This document shows positions 22,204 through 33,915 of a stretch of DNA of 64,000 bases, in pieces. The stretch lies in assembly GCA_963725865.1 (NCBI GenBank), contig CAVSAC010000010.1:256001-320000 (forward strand). Reading direction: 5' to 3'. The position numbers and the translations under genes are program-made. The notes beneath the pieces were generated by a model. The model was given only the letters and a program-made list of their open reading frames with translations, did not search any database and was not told the DNA's origin. Each line of letters begins with the position of its first letter. Position 1 is the stretch's first letter. The stretch is from Candidatus Eiseniibacteriota bacterium (GTDB lineage Bacteria > Eisenbacteria > RBG-16-71-46).

Positions 22204-23499
22204 TCACGGCCACACCCGGCGCTCGATCGTCGGCAGCGCGAGGTCGGCGCCGCGCATGAACACGGTGTCGGGCCGCACCGCGGGCATCCAGTAGGTCAGC
22301 TCCTCGAGCGACTCGCACTCCCACGTCACCGCGTCGCCCCACGCGCCGGGGTTCAGATGGCCGACCTCGGCCTCGACCCGCAGCGCGCGCGCGGCGTTCC
22401 AGGTGATCGCGAGCAGCGACTCCTCGGCGGTGAACCCGCACAGCCGCGCGGCGAGCGCGGCGCACTCCAGCAGCGACTGCGCGGGCGCGGTGCCGGGATT
22501 GAAGTCGGTGGCGATCGCGACCCGCGCGCCGGTCGGGCGCAGCATCTCGGCGCGCGGCAGGCGCTGGTTCAGCGTGAGCGCCGCGGCGGGCAGCAGCACG
22601 CCCACGGTGCCGGCGGCCGCGAGCGCCTGCCAGTCCGCTTCGATCGCGCTCTCGAGGTGGTCCGCCGAGGCGGCCCCCAGCTCGGCGGCGAGCTGGGCGC
22701 CCCCGGAGCGCCCCATCTGGTCGGCGTGGAGCTTGACGATGAGGCCCAGGTCGCGGGCGCGCGTGAGCAGGCGCCGGCACTCCTCGACGGTGAACGCCAA
22801 CTCGTCGCAGAACGCGTCCACCCCGGTCGCGAGTTCCCGCCGCGCGATGTCGGGCAGCACGCGCGCACACCACTCCTCGACGTAGTTCTCGCGCCGGCCC
22901 TTCCACTCCTCGGGCAGCGCGTGCAGCAGCAGCGCGGTGCGGTGGAGCCGCGCGGGCACCCGCTGCGCGGCGCCGCGCATCAGCTCGAGCAGCCGCACCT
23001 CGCCGGTGTGCGTGAGGCCGTACCCGCTCTTCACCTCGACCGTGGTGCAGCCGTTCGCGCGCCAGCGCTCGAGGCGGTTGGCGAGCGACTTCTCGAGCGC
23101 GTCGTCGCGCTCCTGCGTGGTGGCCTTGACGGTCGAGCGGATGCCGCCGCCGGCGGCCGCGATCGCGGCGTAGGACTCGCCCGCCAGCCGCCGCTGGAAC
23201 TCGGCGGCGCGGTGACCCGCGAAGATCATGTGGGTGTGGCAGTCGATGAGGCCCGGCGTCACCAGCCGGCCGTAGGCGTTGAGCGGCCGCGCCTCGCCGT
23301 GGCGGCGGAACAGGTCGGCGGCGGTGCCGACCTCGAGCACGCGCCCGTCGCGGAACACCACCGCGCCACGCGGGAAGCGCAGCACGCGGGTGCCCTCGGG
23401 GTCGGGGGTCACGACCTCGGAGGTGTTGTGCAGGATCAGGTACGCGGTGCGCCCCGCCACCGCCTTGGCGGACGGATCGCGCATCGGACCGATGGACAT
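22204..23499 (-). CDS. hutI: Imidazolonepropionase
   Basis: PGLIDCHTH, EVKSGYGL, KLHADQ, SADHL, ATDFNPG. Confidence 0.95.
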   Translation of the reverse strand: MSIGPMRDPSAKAVAGRTAYLILHNTSEVVTPDPEGTRVLRFPRGAVVFRDGRVLEVGTAADLFRRHGEARPLNAYGRLVTPGLIDCHTHMIFAGHRAAEFQRRLAGESYAAIAAAGGGIRSTVKATTQERDDALEKSLANRLERWRANGCTTVEVKSGYGLTHTGEVRLLELMRGAAQRVPARLHRTALLLHALPEEWKGRRENYVEEWCARVLPDIARRELATGVDAFCDELAFTVEECRRLLTRARDLGLIVKLHADQMGRSGGAQLAAELGAASADHLESAIEADWQALAAAGTVGVLLPAAALTLNQRLPRAEMLRPTGARVAIATDFNPGTAPAQSLLECAALAARLCGFTAEESLLAITWNAARALRVEAEVGHLNPGAWGDAVTWECESLEELTYWMPAVRPDTVFMRGADLALPTIERRVWP

Positions 23500-23515
23500 G
23501 GCGGCCTCCTCCCCG

Positions 23516-25189
23516 CTACGACGTCACGCTGGGCAGGTGCATGCCGGTCGCGCGCGCGTGGGCGATGGCCTCCGGGTAGCCGGCGTCGGCGTGACGCATC
23601 ACGCCGGTGCCCGGATCGTTCACGAGCACCCGCGCCAGCTTCTCGTCGGTCTCGCGGGTACCGTCGCAGACGATCACCAGTCCCGCGTGGATGGAATTGC
23701 CGATGCCCACGCCGCCGCCGTGGTGCACGCTCACCCACGAGGCGCCCGAGGCGGTGTTCAGCAACGCGTTGAGAATCGGCCAGTCGGCCACCGCGTCGCT
23801 GCCGTCGCGCATCGCCTCGGTCTCGCGGTACGGCGACGCCACCGAGCCGGTGTCGAGGTGGTCGCGCCCGATCACGATCGGGGCCTTCAGCACGCCGTCG
23901 CGCACCATGCGGTTGAAGCGCAGGCCCAGCCGGTGGCGTTCGCCATAGCCGAGCCAGCAGATCCGCGCCGGCAGTCCCTGGAAGGCGACGTGCTTCTGGG
24001 CGAGCGGGATCCAACGGTGGAGCCTCGCGTCGTCCGGGAACTCGTCGAGCGCGGCGGCGTCGGTGGCCGCGATGTCGGCCGGATCGCCCGAGAGCGCCGC
24101 CCAGCGGAACGGCCCCTTGCCGACGCAGAACAGCGGGCGGATGTACTCGGGCACGAATCCGGGGTACGAGAACGCCAGCTCGTGCGCGAGGCCGCCCTTC
24201 TCGGCCTCGCCGCGCAGGTTGTTGCCGTAGTCGAACAGCACCGTTCCCTGCGCCTTCATGCCGAGCAGCGCCTTCACCTGCTCGGCCATCGAACCGCGCG
24301 CGCGGCGCACGTAGGCCTCGGGGTCCGCGGCCCGCAGCGCGGCGGCCTGAGCGAGCGTCAGCCCGGCGGGCACGTAGCCATGGAGCGGATCGTGCGCCGA
24401 GGTCTGATCGGTGGCCACGTCCGGCGTGATCCCGCGCCGCAGCAGCTCGGGATGCACCTCGGCGGCATTGCCCACCAGCGCGACCGAGAGCGGACGCTTC
24501 GCGGCCTGCGCCTCGCGCGCCCACGCGAGCGCGTCGTCGAGCGAACTCGTGAGGCGGTCGCAGTAGCGCGTGTCGAGGCGGCGCTGGGCCCGCGCGGGGT
24601 CGACCTCGACGGCCAGGCACACGCCGCCGTTCATGGTGATGGCGAGCGGCTGCGCGCCACCCATCCCGCCGAGACCCGCGGTCAGCACCAGCCGGCCCGC
24701 GAGCGTGCCGCCGAAGCGGCGCAGCGCGCACTCGGCGAAGGTCTCGAACGTGCCCTGGACGATGCCCTGCGAGCCGATGTAGATCCACGAGCCCGCGGTC
24801 ATCTGCCCGTACATGATGAGACCCTTGCCCTCGAGCTCCCAGAAGTGCTCCCACGTCGCCCACTTCGGCACCAGAAGCGAGTTCGCGATCAGCACCCGCG
24901 GGGCGCCCGGGTGGGTGCGGAACACCCCCACCGGCTTGCCCGACTGGATCAGCAGGGTCTCGTCGTCGCCGAGCTCGCGGAGCGTGGCGACGATGCGGTC
25001 GAACGCCTCCCACGAGCGCGCGGCGCGGCCGGTGCCGCCGTAGACGACCAGGTCGTCGGGGCGCTCGGCCACATCGGGATCGAGGTTGTTCATCAGCATC
25101 CGCAGCGCGGCCTCCTGCGCCCAGCCCTTGCAGGTGCGCGCGGTGCCGCGCGGAGCGCGCACGATGCGCGCGGAAGCGGTCGGATTCAT
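23516..25189 (-). CDS. hutU: Urocanate hydratase
   Basis: [46 protein letters not shown]. Confidence 0.97.
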   Translation of the reverse strand: MNPTASARIVRAPRGTARTCKGWAQEAALRMLMNNLDPDVAERPDDLVVYGGTGRAARSWEAFDRIVATLRELGDDETLLIQSGKPVGVFRTHPGAPRVLIANSLLVPKWATWEHFWELEGKGLIMYGQMTAGSWIYIGSQGIVQGTFETFAECALRRFGGTLAGRLVLTAGLGGMGGAQPLAITMNGGVCLAVEVDPARAQRRLDTRYCDRLTSSLDDALAWAREAQAAKRPLSVALVGNAAEVHPELLRRGITPDVATDQTSAHDPLHGYVPAGLTLAQAAALRAADPEAYVRRARGSMAEQVKALLGMKAQGTVLFDYGNNLRGEAEKGGLAHELAFSYPGFVPEYIRPLFCVGKGPFRWAALSGDPADIAATDAAALDEFPDDARLHRWIPLAQKHVAFQGLPARICWLGYGERHRLGLRFNRMVRDGVLKAPIVIGRDHLDTGSVASPYRETEAMRDGSDAVADWPILNALLNTASGASWVSVHHGGGVGIGNSIHAGLVIVCDGTRETDEKLARVLVNDPGTGVMRHADAGYPEAIAHARATGMHLPSVTS

Positions 25190-26703
25190 GCGGACAACAC
25201 CTCCTCGGCGAGCCGCACGGGGGCGCGCGAGAGCACCCAGCGGGCGACGGTCTCGGCCGGCCCGGAGAGCGGGCGATCGCCCTCGGGCGCCGGCGCGATG
25301 CGGCGGATGGCGCCGTACAGGCGCTCGCAGCCGTGCCCGGCGGCGAGCGGGCGGCGGAACTCGAGCGCGCGGCACGCGCACAAGAGCTCGAGTGCCACGA
25401 CGTGCGCCGCGTTGCGCACCACCTCGCGCGCGTGGCGGGCGGCGATCGGCGCCATGCTGACGTGGTCCTCGAGGCCGGCGCCGGTCGGGATCGAGTCCAC
25501 GCTCGCCGGATGGGCGAGCACCTTGTTCTCCGACACCAGCGCGGCCGCGGTGTACTGCGCGAGCATGTAGCCCGACTCCAGCCCCGGGTCGCCGGCGAGC
25601 ATGGGCGGCAGCTCGGAGACGCGGCGGTCGAGCAGCCGGTCGATGCGCCGCTCGGAGATCGACGCGATCTCGGCGACCGCGATCTTCAGGTAGTCGGCGG
25701 CGAGCGCGACCGGCTGCGCGTGGAACAGTCCGGCCGAGACCACTTCGCCGCTGGCCGGGAACACCAGCGGATTGTCGTTGACGCTCCCGAACTCCACCTC
25801 GAGCTGGCCGCGCACGTGCGCGAGCGCGTCCCAGGACGCGCCCATCACCGGCGCCACGCAGCGCAGGCTGTAGGCGTCCTGCACGCGCTCGCAGTCGGCG
25901 TGCGACGCCACCAGCGCCGAGTCCTCGCTGTAGGCGCGCAACCGGCGCGCCGCCTCGCGCGCGCCCGGGTACGGGCGCAGCGCCTGCACGTCCTCGCGCG
26001 CCGGCGCGAACGAGCCCAGCAGCACCTCGGTCGACAGCGCGGCCGCGGCCATCGCGGCCTCCCACACGTGGAGCGCGTCGACGCACGCCAGTGCCGCGAA
26101 GGCGGTCGAGAACTGCGTGCCGTTGATGAGCGCCAGTCCTTCCTTGGCGTCCAGCGCCAGGGGCTGCAGTCCGGCGCCGCGCAGCGCGAGCGCCGCGGGC
26201 ATCCGCTGCGGCCCGAGCCACGCCTCGCCCTCGCCCATCAGCACGCTCGCGAGATGGGCCAGCGGGGCGAGGTCTCCCGAGGCGCCGACCGAGCCCTGGA
26301 TCGGAACCATCGGAGTGACGTCCCGTTCGAGCAGCGCAAGCAGTGCCTCGACCACCGCCGGGCGCACTCCCGAGTGGCCGTGCGCGAGCGAGGCCGCGCG
26401 CAGCAGCAGCATCGCGCGCACGACCTCGCGCGGGGCCGGCTCGCCGACACCGGCCGCGTGCGAGCGCAGCAGGTGGACCTGCAGTGCCGCGACCTGCTCG
26501 GGCGCGATGCGGCGGTCCTTGAGGTCGCCGAAGCCGGTGGTGACGCCATACACCACGCGGTCCTCGCGCAGCGCCTGCTCGACCACCGCGCGCCCGCGCG
26601 CGATCGCGGCGCGGCTCGCCGCGCCGAGCGCGACACCTTCGCCCTCGCGCGCCACGCGCGCCACGTCCTCGAGCGTCAGCGGCCGCGACCCGAGCTCGAT
26701 CAT
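25186..26703 (-). CDS. hutH: Histidine ammonia-lyase
   Basis: [12 protein letters not shown] motif [20 protein letters not shown]. Confidence 0.96.
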   Translation of the reverse strand: MIELGSRPLTLEDVARVAREGEGVALGAASRAAIARGRAVVEQALREDRVVYGVTTGFGDLKDRRIAPEQVAALQVHLLRSHAAGVGEPAPREVVRAMLLLRAASLAHGHSGVRPAVVEALLALLERDVTPMVPIQGSVGASGDLAPLAHLASVLMGEGEAWLGPQRMPAALALRGAGLQPLALDAKEGLALINGTQFSTAFAALACVDALHVWEAAMAAAALSTEVLLGSFAPAREDVQALRPYPGAREAARRLRAYSEDSALVASHADCERVQDAYSLRCVAPVMGASWDALAHVRGQLEVEFGSVNDNPLVFPASGEVVSAGLFHAQPVALAADYLKIAVAEIASISERRIDRLLDRRVSELPPMLAGDPGLESGYMLAQYTAAALVSENKVLAHPASVDSIPTGAGLEDHVSMAPIAARHAREVVRNAAHVVALELLCACRALEFRRPLAAGHGCERLYGAIRRIAPAPEGDRPLSGPAETVARWVLSRAPVRLAEEVLSA

Positions 26704-28787
26704 GCGTCGTCCTCCCCTGCGTGGAACTCGCCCGCCAGGAAGCGCGCGGCCTCCGCGGCCAGCGCGCGCGCGTCACCCATCCGCACGGGCGCCGACGGGA
26801 GCGCCGCCAGGAACGGACGCCGGTACGAAGCGCTCGTCAGACGTGGATCGCACACCACCAGCACCCCCCGATCGTCGGCGCGCCGGATGAGCCGCCCGAC
26901 GCCCTGCCGGAAGCGCAGCACCGCCTCGGGCACCGCGTCGTGCCGGAACGGGTCGAGTCCGCGCTCGCGCAGGCGCTCGCCGCGCGACTCCACCAGCGGG
27001 TCGTCCGGGACCGAGAACGGCAGCTTCGACACCACCACGATCTCGAGCGCCTCACCCGGGAAGTCGACACCTTCCCACAGGCTCTGCACGCCGAGCAAGA
27101 CGGCGCCGCGCCGCGCGCGGAAGCGCTCCGAGAGGATGCCCGCGGTGCCGTCCCACTCCTGGGCCATCAGCTCCACGCCGGCCGGCAGCGTCTCGAGCAG
27201 GCGCGCGCGCGCGCGCCGCAGCCGCTCGTGCGCCGTGAACAGCACCAGCATGTTGCGCGGCACCGCGCGCGCCAGCTCGGTGACCACGCCCGCCACCGCC
27301 TCCGCCTCCTCGGCGGAGGTCTCGAGCGCCAGCACCCGCATCTGGCGCCTCAGATCGAACGGCGACGGGTACACTGCGCTCTCGTAGGGCATGCCCCATT
27401 CCTCGCCGAGTCCCAGCCGGCCGGCGAGGAACGCGAAGTCGCCGTCGGCGGAGAGCGTCGCCGACGTCAGCACCACCGCCCGCGCACGGCCCAGCACCAG
27501 CCGCCGCGCGTGCTCGCCGACCGACACCGGCGCGCCGTGCAGCTCCACGCCGCGGGTACCGGCGGTCCGCCAGTACACCCACTCGCGATCGTGGGCGTCG
27601 GTCAGCTGGTCGAGATCGAGTCCGAGCGCGGCGAACGCCCCGGCCATCTGCTCCAGCTCGGCCGCCAGCTCGAGCGCGCTGGCGCTGCCGGCGCCGTTCG
27701 CCTCCAGCCCGTCGGCGAGGCGATGGAGCGTGCGCGCGAACTCGGTGCAGTGGCCGAGCACCGCCTCCAGCGGATCGAGGTCGGTGCCGAGCAGCTCGCC
27801 GACCGAGCGGTGGCGGCGCCGCGCGCCGTAGACGGCGTGGCGCTCGCCGGGCGGATCGAGGCGCGCGAACAGCGTCTCGACGTCGGCGCGCGCCTCGGGC
27901 ACCCGGGCCGCGAGCCGGTCGATCGCCTCGCGCGTGCTGGGATCGGTGAGCGGCAGCGCGAAGCGCCGCGCCCGCCCGAGCAGTCCGCCCTCGCGTCGTG
28001 CGCCGGCGGTGCCGACCGTGCGCAGCAGGTCCTCGCAGCGCGTGCGCGACACCGAGCGCTCGAGCTGCGCGAGCAGCACGCCCTCGAGGCGGTGGGCCTC
28101 GTCGACGATCAGCACGTCGAAGTCGGGCAGCAGCCCCTGCGACTCGCCCGACAGTGCGAGCAGCGCGTGGTTCACGATCACGAGTTTCGCCTCGGCCGCC
28201 TGGCGGCGGGCGCGGACCCAGAAGCACTCGCGCCCGCGCCGGCAGGTCGCGATCGTGCACGCATCGGGATCGGCCGCCACCCGCGCGCGCACCCGGCGGA
28301 ACGTCTCCGCATCCTCGGCCGGGAACCGGTCGAGGTCCCCGACCGGATCGGTGGCCGCCCAGCTCCGCAGCGCCTCGAGCACGTCCTCCTCCTCGGCCCC
28401 GCGCGCCACCTGGCCGTCGAGCTCCTTCGGGCAGAGGTAGTTCTGCTTGCCCTTCAGCCGCGCGCACGGAAGGGTGATGCCGAGCACCTCGAGCAGCGCC
28501 GGAAGGTCGCGCTCGAACAGCTGGTCCTGGAGCGACTTGGTGCAGGTGGCGACCACCACGCGCTGGTCCGATCCGTGGGCCAGCAGCACCGCCGGCAGCA
28601 GGTAGGCGAGCGACTTGCCGATGCCGGTCGGCGCCTCGGCGAGCAGCGCGCCGCCGTCCGCGAGGGTGCGCGCGATGTCCGCCGCGAGCACCCGCTGCGC
28701 CGGGCGCTCCTCGTAGCGCGGCCAGCCGGCGGCGAGGGTGCCGCCGGCCGCGAACGCCGCCTCGACCTCCTGTCGCAGCGACGACAA
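26700..28787 (-). CDS. dinG: DinG/YoaA-family ATP-dependent DNA helicase
   Basis: EAPTGIGKS, four Fe-S cysteines, [20 protein letters not shown] start with GGAGG. Confidence 0.9.
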   Translation of the reverse strand: MSSLRQEVEAAFAAGGTLAAGWPRYEERPAQRVLAADIARTLADGGALLAEAPTGIGKSLAYLLPAVLLAHGSDQRVVVATCTKSLQDQLFERDLPALLEVLGITLPCARLKGKQNYLCPKELDGQVARGAEEEDVLEALRSWAATDPVGDLDRFPAEDAETFRRVRARVAADPDACTIATCRRGRECFWVRARRQAAEAKLVIVNHALLALSGESQGLLPDFDVLIVDEAHRLEGVLLAQLERSVSRTRCEDLLRTVGTAGARREGGLLGRARRFALPLTDPSTREAIDRLAARVPEARADVETLFARLDPPGERHAVYGARRRHRSVGELLGTDLDPLEAVLGHCTEFARTLHRLADGLEANGAGSASALELAAELEQMAGAFAALGLDLDQLTDAHDREWVYWRTAGTRGVELHGAPVSVGEHARRLVLGRARAVVLTSATLSADGDFAFLAGRLGLGEEWGMPYESAVYPSPFDLRRQMRVLALETSAEEAEAVAGVVTELARAVPRNMLVLFTAHERLRRARARLLETLPAGVELMAQEWDGTAGILSERFRARRGAVLLGVQSLWEGVDFPGEALEIVVVSKLPFSVPDDPLVESRGERLRERGLDPFRHDAVPEAVLRFRQGVGRLIRRADDRGVLVVCDPRLTSASYRRPFLAALPSAPVRMGDARALAAEAARFLAGEFHAGEDDA

Positions 28788-28810
28788 ACGGACCTCCGGA
28801 AGACGGGGCG

Positions 28811-30544
28811 TCAGAACGTGGAGATGAGCTGCAGGTGGATCTTGCCCTCGAGCGGCGGGCGCCCGGGCGCGAGACCGTAGTCTACTCCGACCAGCCCACC
28901 GGCCGCCTCGAGCCGCAGGCCGAAGCCGATGCCATCGCGCTGGCTCACGTCGAGGCGGTCCCCACCTCCCGCCACGTCGAGCCGGGTCTGCATCCACGCG
29001 TGGTCCCAGAACAGGGCCGCGCGCTGGCCGCCGGGTCCCAGGAACCAGCGCCACTCCAGGCGCGAGAGCGCGAAGCGGTCGACGCGGAACGCCTCCTCGT
29101 CGTGGCCGCGCAGGCTCGCCGCGCCGCCCAGCGGCCAGCGCTCGTACACCGGCAGCACGCGTTCGCTGCTGAAGCGCGCGGCGGCGCGGCACTCGAGCGC
29201 CAGCCCCGCGGAGCCCCGCAGCGGACGATGCCATTCGAGCCGCCCGTCCACCGTGCTGGCTCGCGCGCTGCGCGTGCCGGTCGGGCGCAGGCGCTCCGAC
29301 TTGAACACCTGCGACGCCTCGAGCCGGGCCCGCACCCCGCGGCGCGGCGCCAGCACCGCGTCGAGCGCGGTGTGGTCGAGCGCGAACACGGTGCTCTGCA
29401 GGCTGGCCTGGCGCACCAGCCCCTGCGCCTGCACGATGCTCTCGTTCTCCGCCCCCGCCTCGAGGCCCTCCTGCGACGACAGCGCGTAGCGCGCGCGGGC
29501 GCCCCAGCGCGTGCGCGTGTAGAGCGTGTCCTGCACCTGCTGCAACAGCGAGCCCTCGAGCCGCAGCGGCGCGCCGAACAGCAGCGGCTCGGCGTAGCGC
29601 GCGCCGAAGTCGGCGAGGCCGCGCCCGCGCGACTGCCACTCGAGCGCCATCGAGCGACCGCTGCCGAGCAGGTTCCCGAGCTCCAGGCGCGCGAGCCCGA
29701 CCGTGCCGGAGGCGCCCTGCACGCCGACCACGCCCTCGAAGCGGTTGTACCGCGGCTCCTCGACGCGGTAGACGAGCGTGCCGCGCCCCACGTCGCGCTC
29801 GCCCTCGAGTCCCTGGAACACGACGCTGCGGAACAGTCCGGTCTGCGCGAGCCGCTCGCGGGCTGCTTCGGCGGCGGCGCGGTCGTACGGCGCCCCCGCC
29901 AGCGGGCCGGCCACCCGGCGCGCGAACGCCGGGCGCGTCACGAGGAGCCCCTCGATGCGCACGCCGCCCACCGTCACCGCGGGCCCGCGCGCGCCGCTCA
30001 GGCGCAGGCGCACGCCGCTGGAGTCCTGCTCCCACCCGCTCACGCCCAGCACCGCGTACGGATAGCCGTGGCCCGCCACCACCCGCACCGCGCGCTCGAC
30101 CGCCTGTGCGACCGCCGGCGGTGATGCCCAGCCGCCCGGCGCCAGTCCGGACGCGACGCCGAGCGCCGCGCTGTCGGCGCGCGAAGGCGCCTCCACGATC
30201 ACCGCCGCGAGGCGCGCGCGCGCGCCCTCGCGGACCTCGACGCGCAGCCGGCGCCCGTCGCTGGTGTCCCACGCCGCCGCGGCGTGGGCATCGAGGTAGC
30301 CGAGCGCCTGCAGTCGCGCCACCAGGCCGGCGAGCGCGCCCGCGAGCACGGTGCTGTCGCCGGGCGCCCGCAGCGCCGGAGCCAGTGTCGCCTCGATCGT
30401 GGCGGCCGGCAGGCCACCGCCGTGCACCTCGACCCGCGGCGCCGCCGCGCGCGCCGCTGGCGCGGGCAGCGCCACGGCGAGCACGCCGGCGACCAGCGCC
30501 ACGGCGCGCACCAGCGGATCGCGGGATCGCTGGGCGGCGCGCAT
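28811..30544 (-). CDS. Omp85 (BamA/TamA-like) protein with POTRA domains
   Basis: HGYPYA POTRA, NLLGSGR, LGGAASLRG loop, GIGFGLR, terminal Phe. Confidence 0.82.
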   Translation of the reverse strand: MRAAQRSRDPLVRAVALVAGVLAVALPAPAARAAAPRVEVHGGGLPAATIEATLAPALRAPGDSTVLAGALAGLVARLQALGYLDAHAAAAWDTSDGRRLRVEVREGARARLAAVIVEAPSRADSAALGVASGLAPGGWASPPAVAQAVERAVRVVAGHGYPYAVLGVSGWEQDSSGVRLRLSGARGPAVTVGGVRIEGLLVTRPAFARRVAGPLAGAPYDRAAAEAARERLAQTGLFRSVVFQGLEGERDVGRGTLVYRVEEPRYNRFEGVVGVQGASGTVGLARLELGNLLGSGRSMALEWQSRGRGLADFGARYAEPLLFGAPLRLEGSLLQQVQDTLYTRTRWGARARYALSSQEGLEAGAENESIVQAQGLVRQASLQSTVFALDHTALDAVLAPRRGVRARLEASQVFKSERLRPTGTRSARASTVDGRLEWHRPLRGSAGLALECRAAARFSSERVLPVYERWPLGGAASLRGHDEEAFRVDRFALSRLEWRWFLGPGGQRAALFWDHAWMQTRLDVAGGGDRLDVSQRDGIGFGLRLEAAGGLVGVDYGLAPGRPPLEGKIHLQLISTF

Positions 30545-33500
30545 CAGAAGAACGCCCTCAGCTCCGCGCGCCCGTCGTAGCGCGCGGAGCGCTCGGGAAA
30601 GCGGCGGGCCGCCATCGACACGCCGAGCGTGGTGCTCTCGCGCACCCGGTAGTCCACGCGCGCGGTGCTCTCCCACTGCGGTGCGCCGGCCGGGTCGGCG
30701 CTCGGCAGCAGCCCCACCGCGGGCGGTCCCGCGATGAACGCGCGCCGGGCGGTCAGCTCCGCGCGCCCGCGCGCGCCGAGCGCGATCCCGACGTCGGGGC
30801 CGAGCCGCAGCGTGCGCGTGACCTCGGGCTGTCCCGCGGGCCGGCTCCAGATGGCCTCGCCGAAGGCGGTCAGACGGAGGACGTTCGAGGGCGTCACCAC
30901 CAGCCGCCCGGTGCCGCCGGCATCCAACAGCGTGCGCTGGAACGCGCGGCCGGCCTGCAGGCGCTGCTCCGCGATCTGCCGGCGCAGGCGGCTCTCCAGT
31001 TCGGTCGTCACCGCGGCGCCGGGGCGCGCGCGCCAGCGCAACGTGCCCTGGCGGTCCTCGACGGTCTGGGCGAAGTCCACGAACTGTCGATCGGCGGTCA
31101 CCCGGCGCTCGAGCCGCAGGTGCATCGCGGCGGTGCGCGAGCCGGGCGCCAGATCGGCCTCCAGCCGCTGGAGCACGCTGCCGCGCGAGAGCCCCGGATC
31201 GCCAAGCACCGCGTTCGGCGAGACGAACGCATCGGTCCCGCGCAGCGCGCCGCGGCGGCGCGCCTCGCTCTCGAACGCGAACTCCACGCGCGAGCCACGC
31301 CACGCCTCCGAGCTGCCGAAGTCGAGCGACGTCGCCGCGCTGGTGGCCGCGCGCGCGACGCGGTCGAGCTCCGGCGCGATGGTCTCCACCAGCGCGTAGT
31401 CACCGTGGCCGACCAGATTGCCGGTGGAATCGTACGAGCCCTGGCCGACGCCCACGAACACCACCTGCCGCGAACGCCGATTTTCGCCCTCGCTGGTGAT
31501 CTCGAGCGACAGGTTGCCGCGCAGCCCGCGCCGGACATCCTGACCGCGCAGCCGCAGGCTGCCGAGGTCGCTGCGCGTGCGCTGGAGCGCGGCGAGCGGG
31601 AGCACGTCGCGGCGCTGCACGTTGAGCGTCACGGAGAGCATGCCGTCCGGCGGGCTCTCGAGGCCGCCGGTCCACGTCCGCGCGCGGGTCTGGTCCTCGA
31701 AGCCGGTGGCGCGCGCCTGCGCGTCGCGGCGCAGCGCGAGCCCGACGCGCGCGCGCCAGCGCAGCGCGCGCGGGCTCTGGAGCACGAACGCGCCTTCGCG
31801 GAACCGGGTGCCCACGCGACCCGTGTCGCTGGGTGCCCGCCGGGTGTCGGCCTCGCCGCGCACCGCCGGCTCCAGCCAGCGGCCGTTCCAGCGCAGCTCG
31901 CCCAACAGGTGATCGCGCCCGCCATCGCGGAAGCGCCAGCCGTCGCGTTCGGCCTCGGCTCGCTCCCACAGCGCGTGCGCGCCCAGCACGCCGGCGCGCG
32001 TCCACTCCGCGTCCCGCCGCATCGCGGTGAACCCATCGAGCGTGCGCAGGCGCCCGGCGGTGGCGCGCAGCGTGGTCCCGTTCGCCAGCGCGTAGCGGGT
32101 GGTGGCCTCGACGCGATCCTGCCGCTCGAGGTCGGCGGTCAGCGGCACGCCCCAGTCTTCCTGCGCGAACGGCTGCTCGAGCCGCGCGAACGGAGCGAAC
32201 GAGCGGCCCACGCTGCGCGTCTGCACGCCAACGCTCGCCTCGCCCGGCAGTGGCCCGCGCACGCGGCCGCGCAGGCCGAACGCCACCCGCGCCGCGCGGC
32301 CCTGGTCATCGCCGTCGTCGAGCGCGGAGAACGTGTTGCGGTCGAAGCGCGAGACCGCGCCCTCGGCCTCGAGCGTGGCGATGCCGAGATGCAGCCCGCC
32401 GCCCGCGACCCACAACCGGTGCGACTCGGGCAGCGGCAGCGCGCGACCGATCACGAACGCACCCGCGCCGGGCCCGACGTAGCGGAACACGGTGCGGCCT
32501 TCGACCGCGGTGGAGTCGGCGTAGTCGCCGGAGCCGTTGCCGACGCGCGCGAACGAGACGCGGAACTCCCCCGAGTCGGGACCGGCGTACGCGTAGACCA
32601 GGCGGGTGGGGCTCACGCGCACGGTGTCGTAGTCACCGCCGCCCGCGGTGACGCCCGGGCCGACGGCCCGCGACGCGGAGTCGCCGGCGGCGGCCAGCAC
32701 CGCACGGTCGGCGGCGTCGAGCGTCAGGTCGAGCGGGCGGCCCTGATCGTCGCCCTCGCTGAGCGCGCGCGCGAACACCCAGCCCGCGCGGCGTTCCCAG
32801 CGCCCGCCGGCGGCGACCAGGTTGCGGCGGAAGCGATTGACCGCGTACTGGTAGTCGACGGTGACGCGCGACTGCGCGGTGACCAGCCGCTTGTTCGTGA
32901 ACGTCACCTCGCCGCGCTCGTAGTCCACGAAGTAGTCCGCGCTCTCGCCGCGCGTGAGCCGCTGGCCGTCGAGCGTGACCACCTCGCTGCCCGCCACCAC
33001 CGCCACGCCGGTCGCACCGTCGCGGTCGGTGAGCGCGTAGGGTCCCTGGCGGCCCTCGACGCCGAGGAACTCCATGCGCCGGAACTCGCCCTGCGCGCTT
33101 GCGGCCGCGCCGACGAGCTGCAGGCCGTGCGCCTCATAGCTGCCGCGGGCGCCCTGCAGCCGGCGCTCGATGCGCCCGAACTCGCCGCCTTCGAGCCCGA
33201 GCGTCAGGTCGCCGAGCGTGGCGCTCGCCTGCGGCGCCTTGAGCTCGATCAGCACGCGGTCGAGCGCCTGCAGGTCCTGGGTGCTCCCGGTCGACGTGAG
33301 CGGAGTGTTGCGGTCGGACAGCACGCCCGTCAGCGTGACGCCGGGCGCCAGGCTGCCGCTGACGGCGAGGTCCAGCGACTGCCGCAGCGCGGCGTCCTGG
33401 CTGGAGCCGAAGTCGACCGCCAGCGTCTTGTTCCCGGTCAGCGTGAGCGCGGCGCCGGCCGGCGCGCTGAACGGCGAGCGCTGGCTGCCGGCGCGCGTCG

Positions 33501-33912
33501 GCGCGGCCCCGGTGGCCGGTGCCGGCGGGGACGGCAGCGTCACGCTGTCGGCCGCAGGCGAGGGCGGGCGATAGTGGTCGAGCTGGAACTCCAGCGGCGG
33601 CGGCGCGAGCAGCCAGCACGACCCCACCCACAGCGTGTCGCCCACCGCCGGCTCGTGCAGCAGGCGCAGCTCGCCGCGCAGCGGATCGAGCACGTAGTCG
33701 CGCCCGCGCACCAGCAGCCCGCCGCGCGTGCGCACAGTGTCCGAGCCCGCCCGCACGAACGGATGCGGCAGCCGGTACACGAGCGTGCCGGAGCGCATCA
33801 CGAGCGGCGCGACGCCGCAGGCGGGATCGCGCACCCACGGCGGCTCGTCCGCGCGCGCGCCCGTCGCGGCCAACAGGGCGAGGATCGCGGACGCGCGCGC
33901 CAGCCGGCGCAT
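30544..33912 (-). CDS. Large (1122 aa) outer-membrane protein with SprA-like GSE-V...DY-VDY motif
   Basis: Signal peptide; GVEGRQGPY and AGSEVVTLDGQRLTRG..DYFVDYERGEVTF; long strand-rich C-half ending ELRAFF. Confidence 0.65.
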   Translation of the reverse strand: MRRLARASAILALLAATGARADEPPWVRDPACGVAPLVMRSGTLVYRLPHPFVRAGSDTVRTRGGLLVRGRDYVLDPLRGELRLLHEPAVGDTLWVGSCWLLAPPPLEFQLDHYRPPSPAADSVTLPSPPAPATGAAPTRAGSQRSPFSAPAGAALTLTGNKTLAVDFGSSQDAALRQSLDLAVSGSLAPGVTLTGVLSDRNTPLTSTGSTQDLQALDRVLIELKAPQASATLGDLTLGLEGGEFGRIERRLQGARGSYEAHGLQLVGAAASAQGEFRRMEFLGVEGRQGPYALTDRDGATGVAVVAGSEVVTLDGQRLTRGESADYFVDYERGEVTFTNKRLVTAQSRVTVDYQYAVNRFRRNLVAAGGRWERRAGWVFARALSEGDDQGRPLDLTLDAADRAVLAAAGDSASRAVGPGVTAGGGDYDTVRVSPTRLVYAYAGPDSGEFRVSFARVGNGSGDYADSTAVEGRTVFRYVGPGAGAFVIGRALPLPESHRLWVAGGGLHLGIATLEAEGAVSRFDRNTFSALDDGDDQGRAARVAFGLRGRVRGPLPGEASVGVQTRSVGRSFAPFARLEQPFAQEDWGVPLTADLERQDRVEATTRYALANGTTLRATAGRLRTLDGFTAMRRDAEWTRAGVLGAHALWERAEAERDGWRFRDGGRDHLLGELRWNGRWLEPAVRGEADTRRAPSDTGRVGTRFREGAFVLQSPRALRWRARVGLALRRDAQARATGFEDQTRARTWTGGLESPPDGMLSVTLNVQRRDVLPLAALQRTRSDLGSLRLRGQDVRRGLRGNLSLEITSEGENRRSRQVVFVGVGQGSYDSTGNLVGHGDYALVETIAPELDRVARAATSAATSLDFGSSEAWRGSRVEFAFESEARRRGALRGTDAFVSPNAVLGDPGLSRGSVLQRLEADLAPGSRTAAMHLRLERRVTADRQFVDFAQTVEDRQGTLRWRARPGAAVTTELESRLRRQIAEQRLQAGRAFQRTLLDAGGTGRLVVTPSNVLRLTAFGEAIWSRPAGQPEVTRTLRLGPDVGIALGARGRAELTARRAFIAGPPAVGLLPSADPAGAPQWESTARVDYRVRESTTLGVSMAARRFPERSARYDGRAELRAFF

Positions 33913-33915
33913 GCT

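Noticed and set aside
23516..30272. Apparent N-terminal extensions or fusions in the ORF track (HutU 1086 aa, DinG 1190 aa, similarly PilS and AccA)
   Set aside because: Artefacts of the longest-ORF start choice; real starts are marked by RBS and stop/start overlaps.
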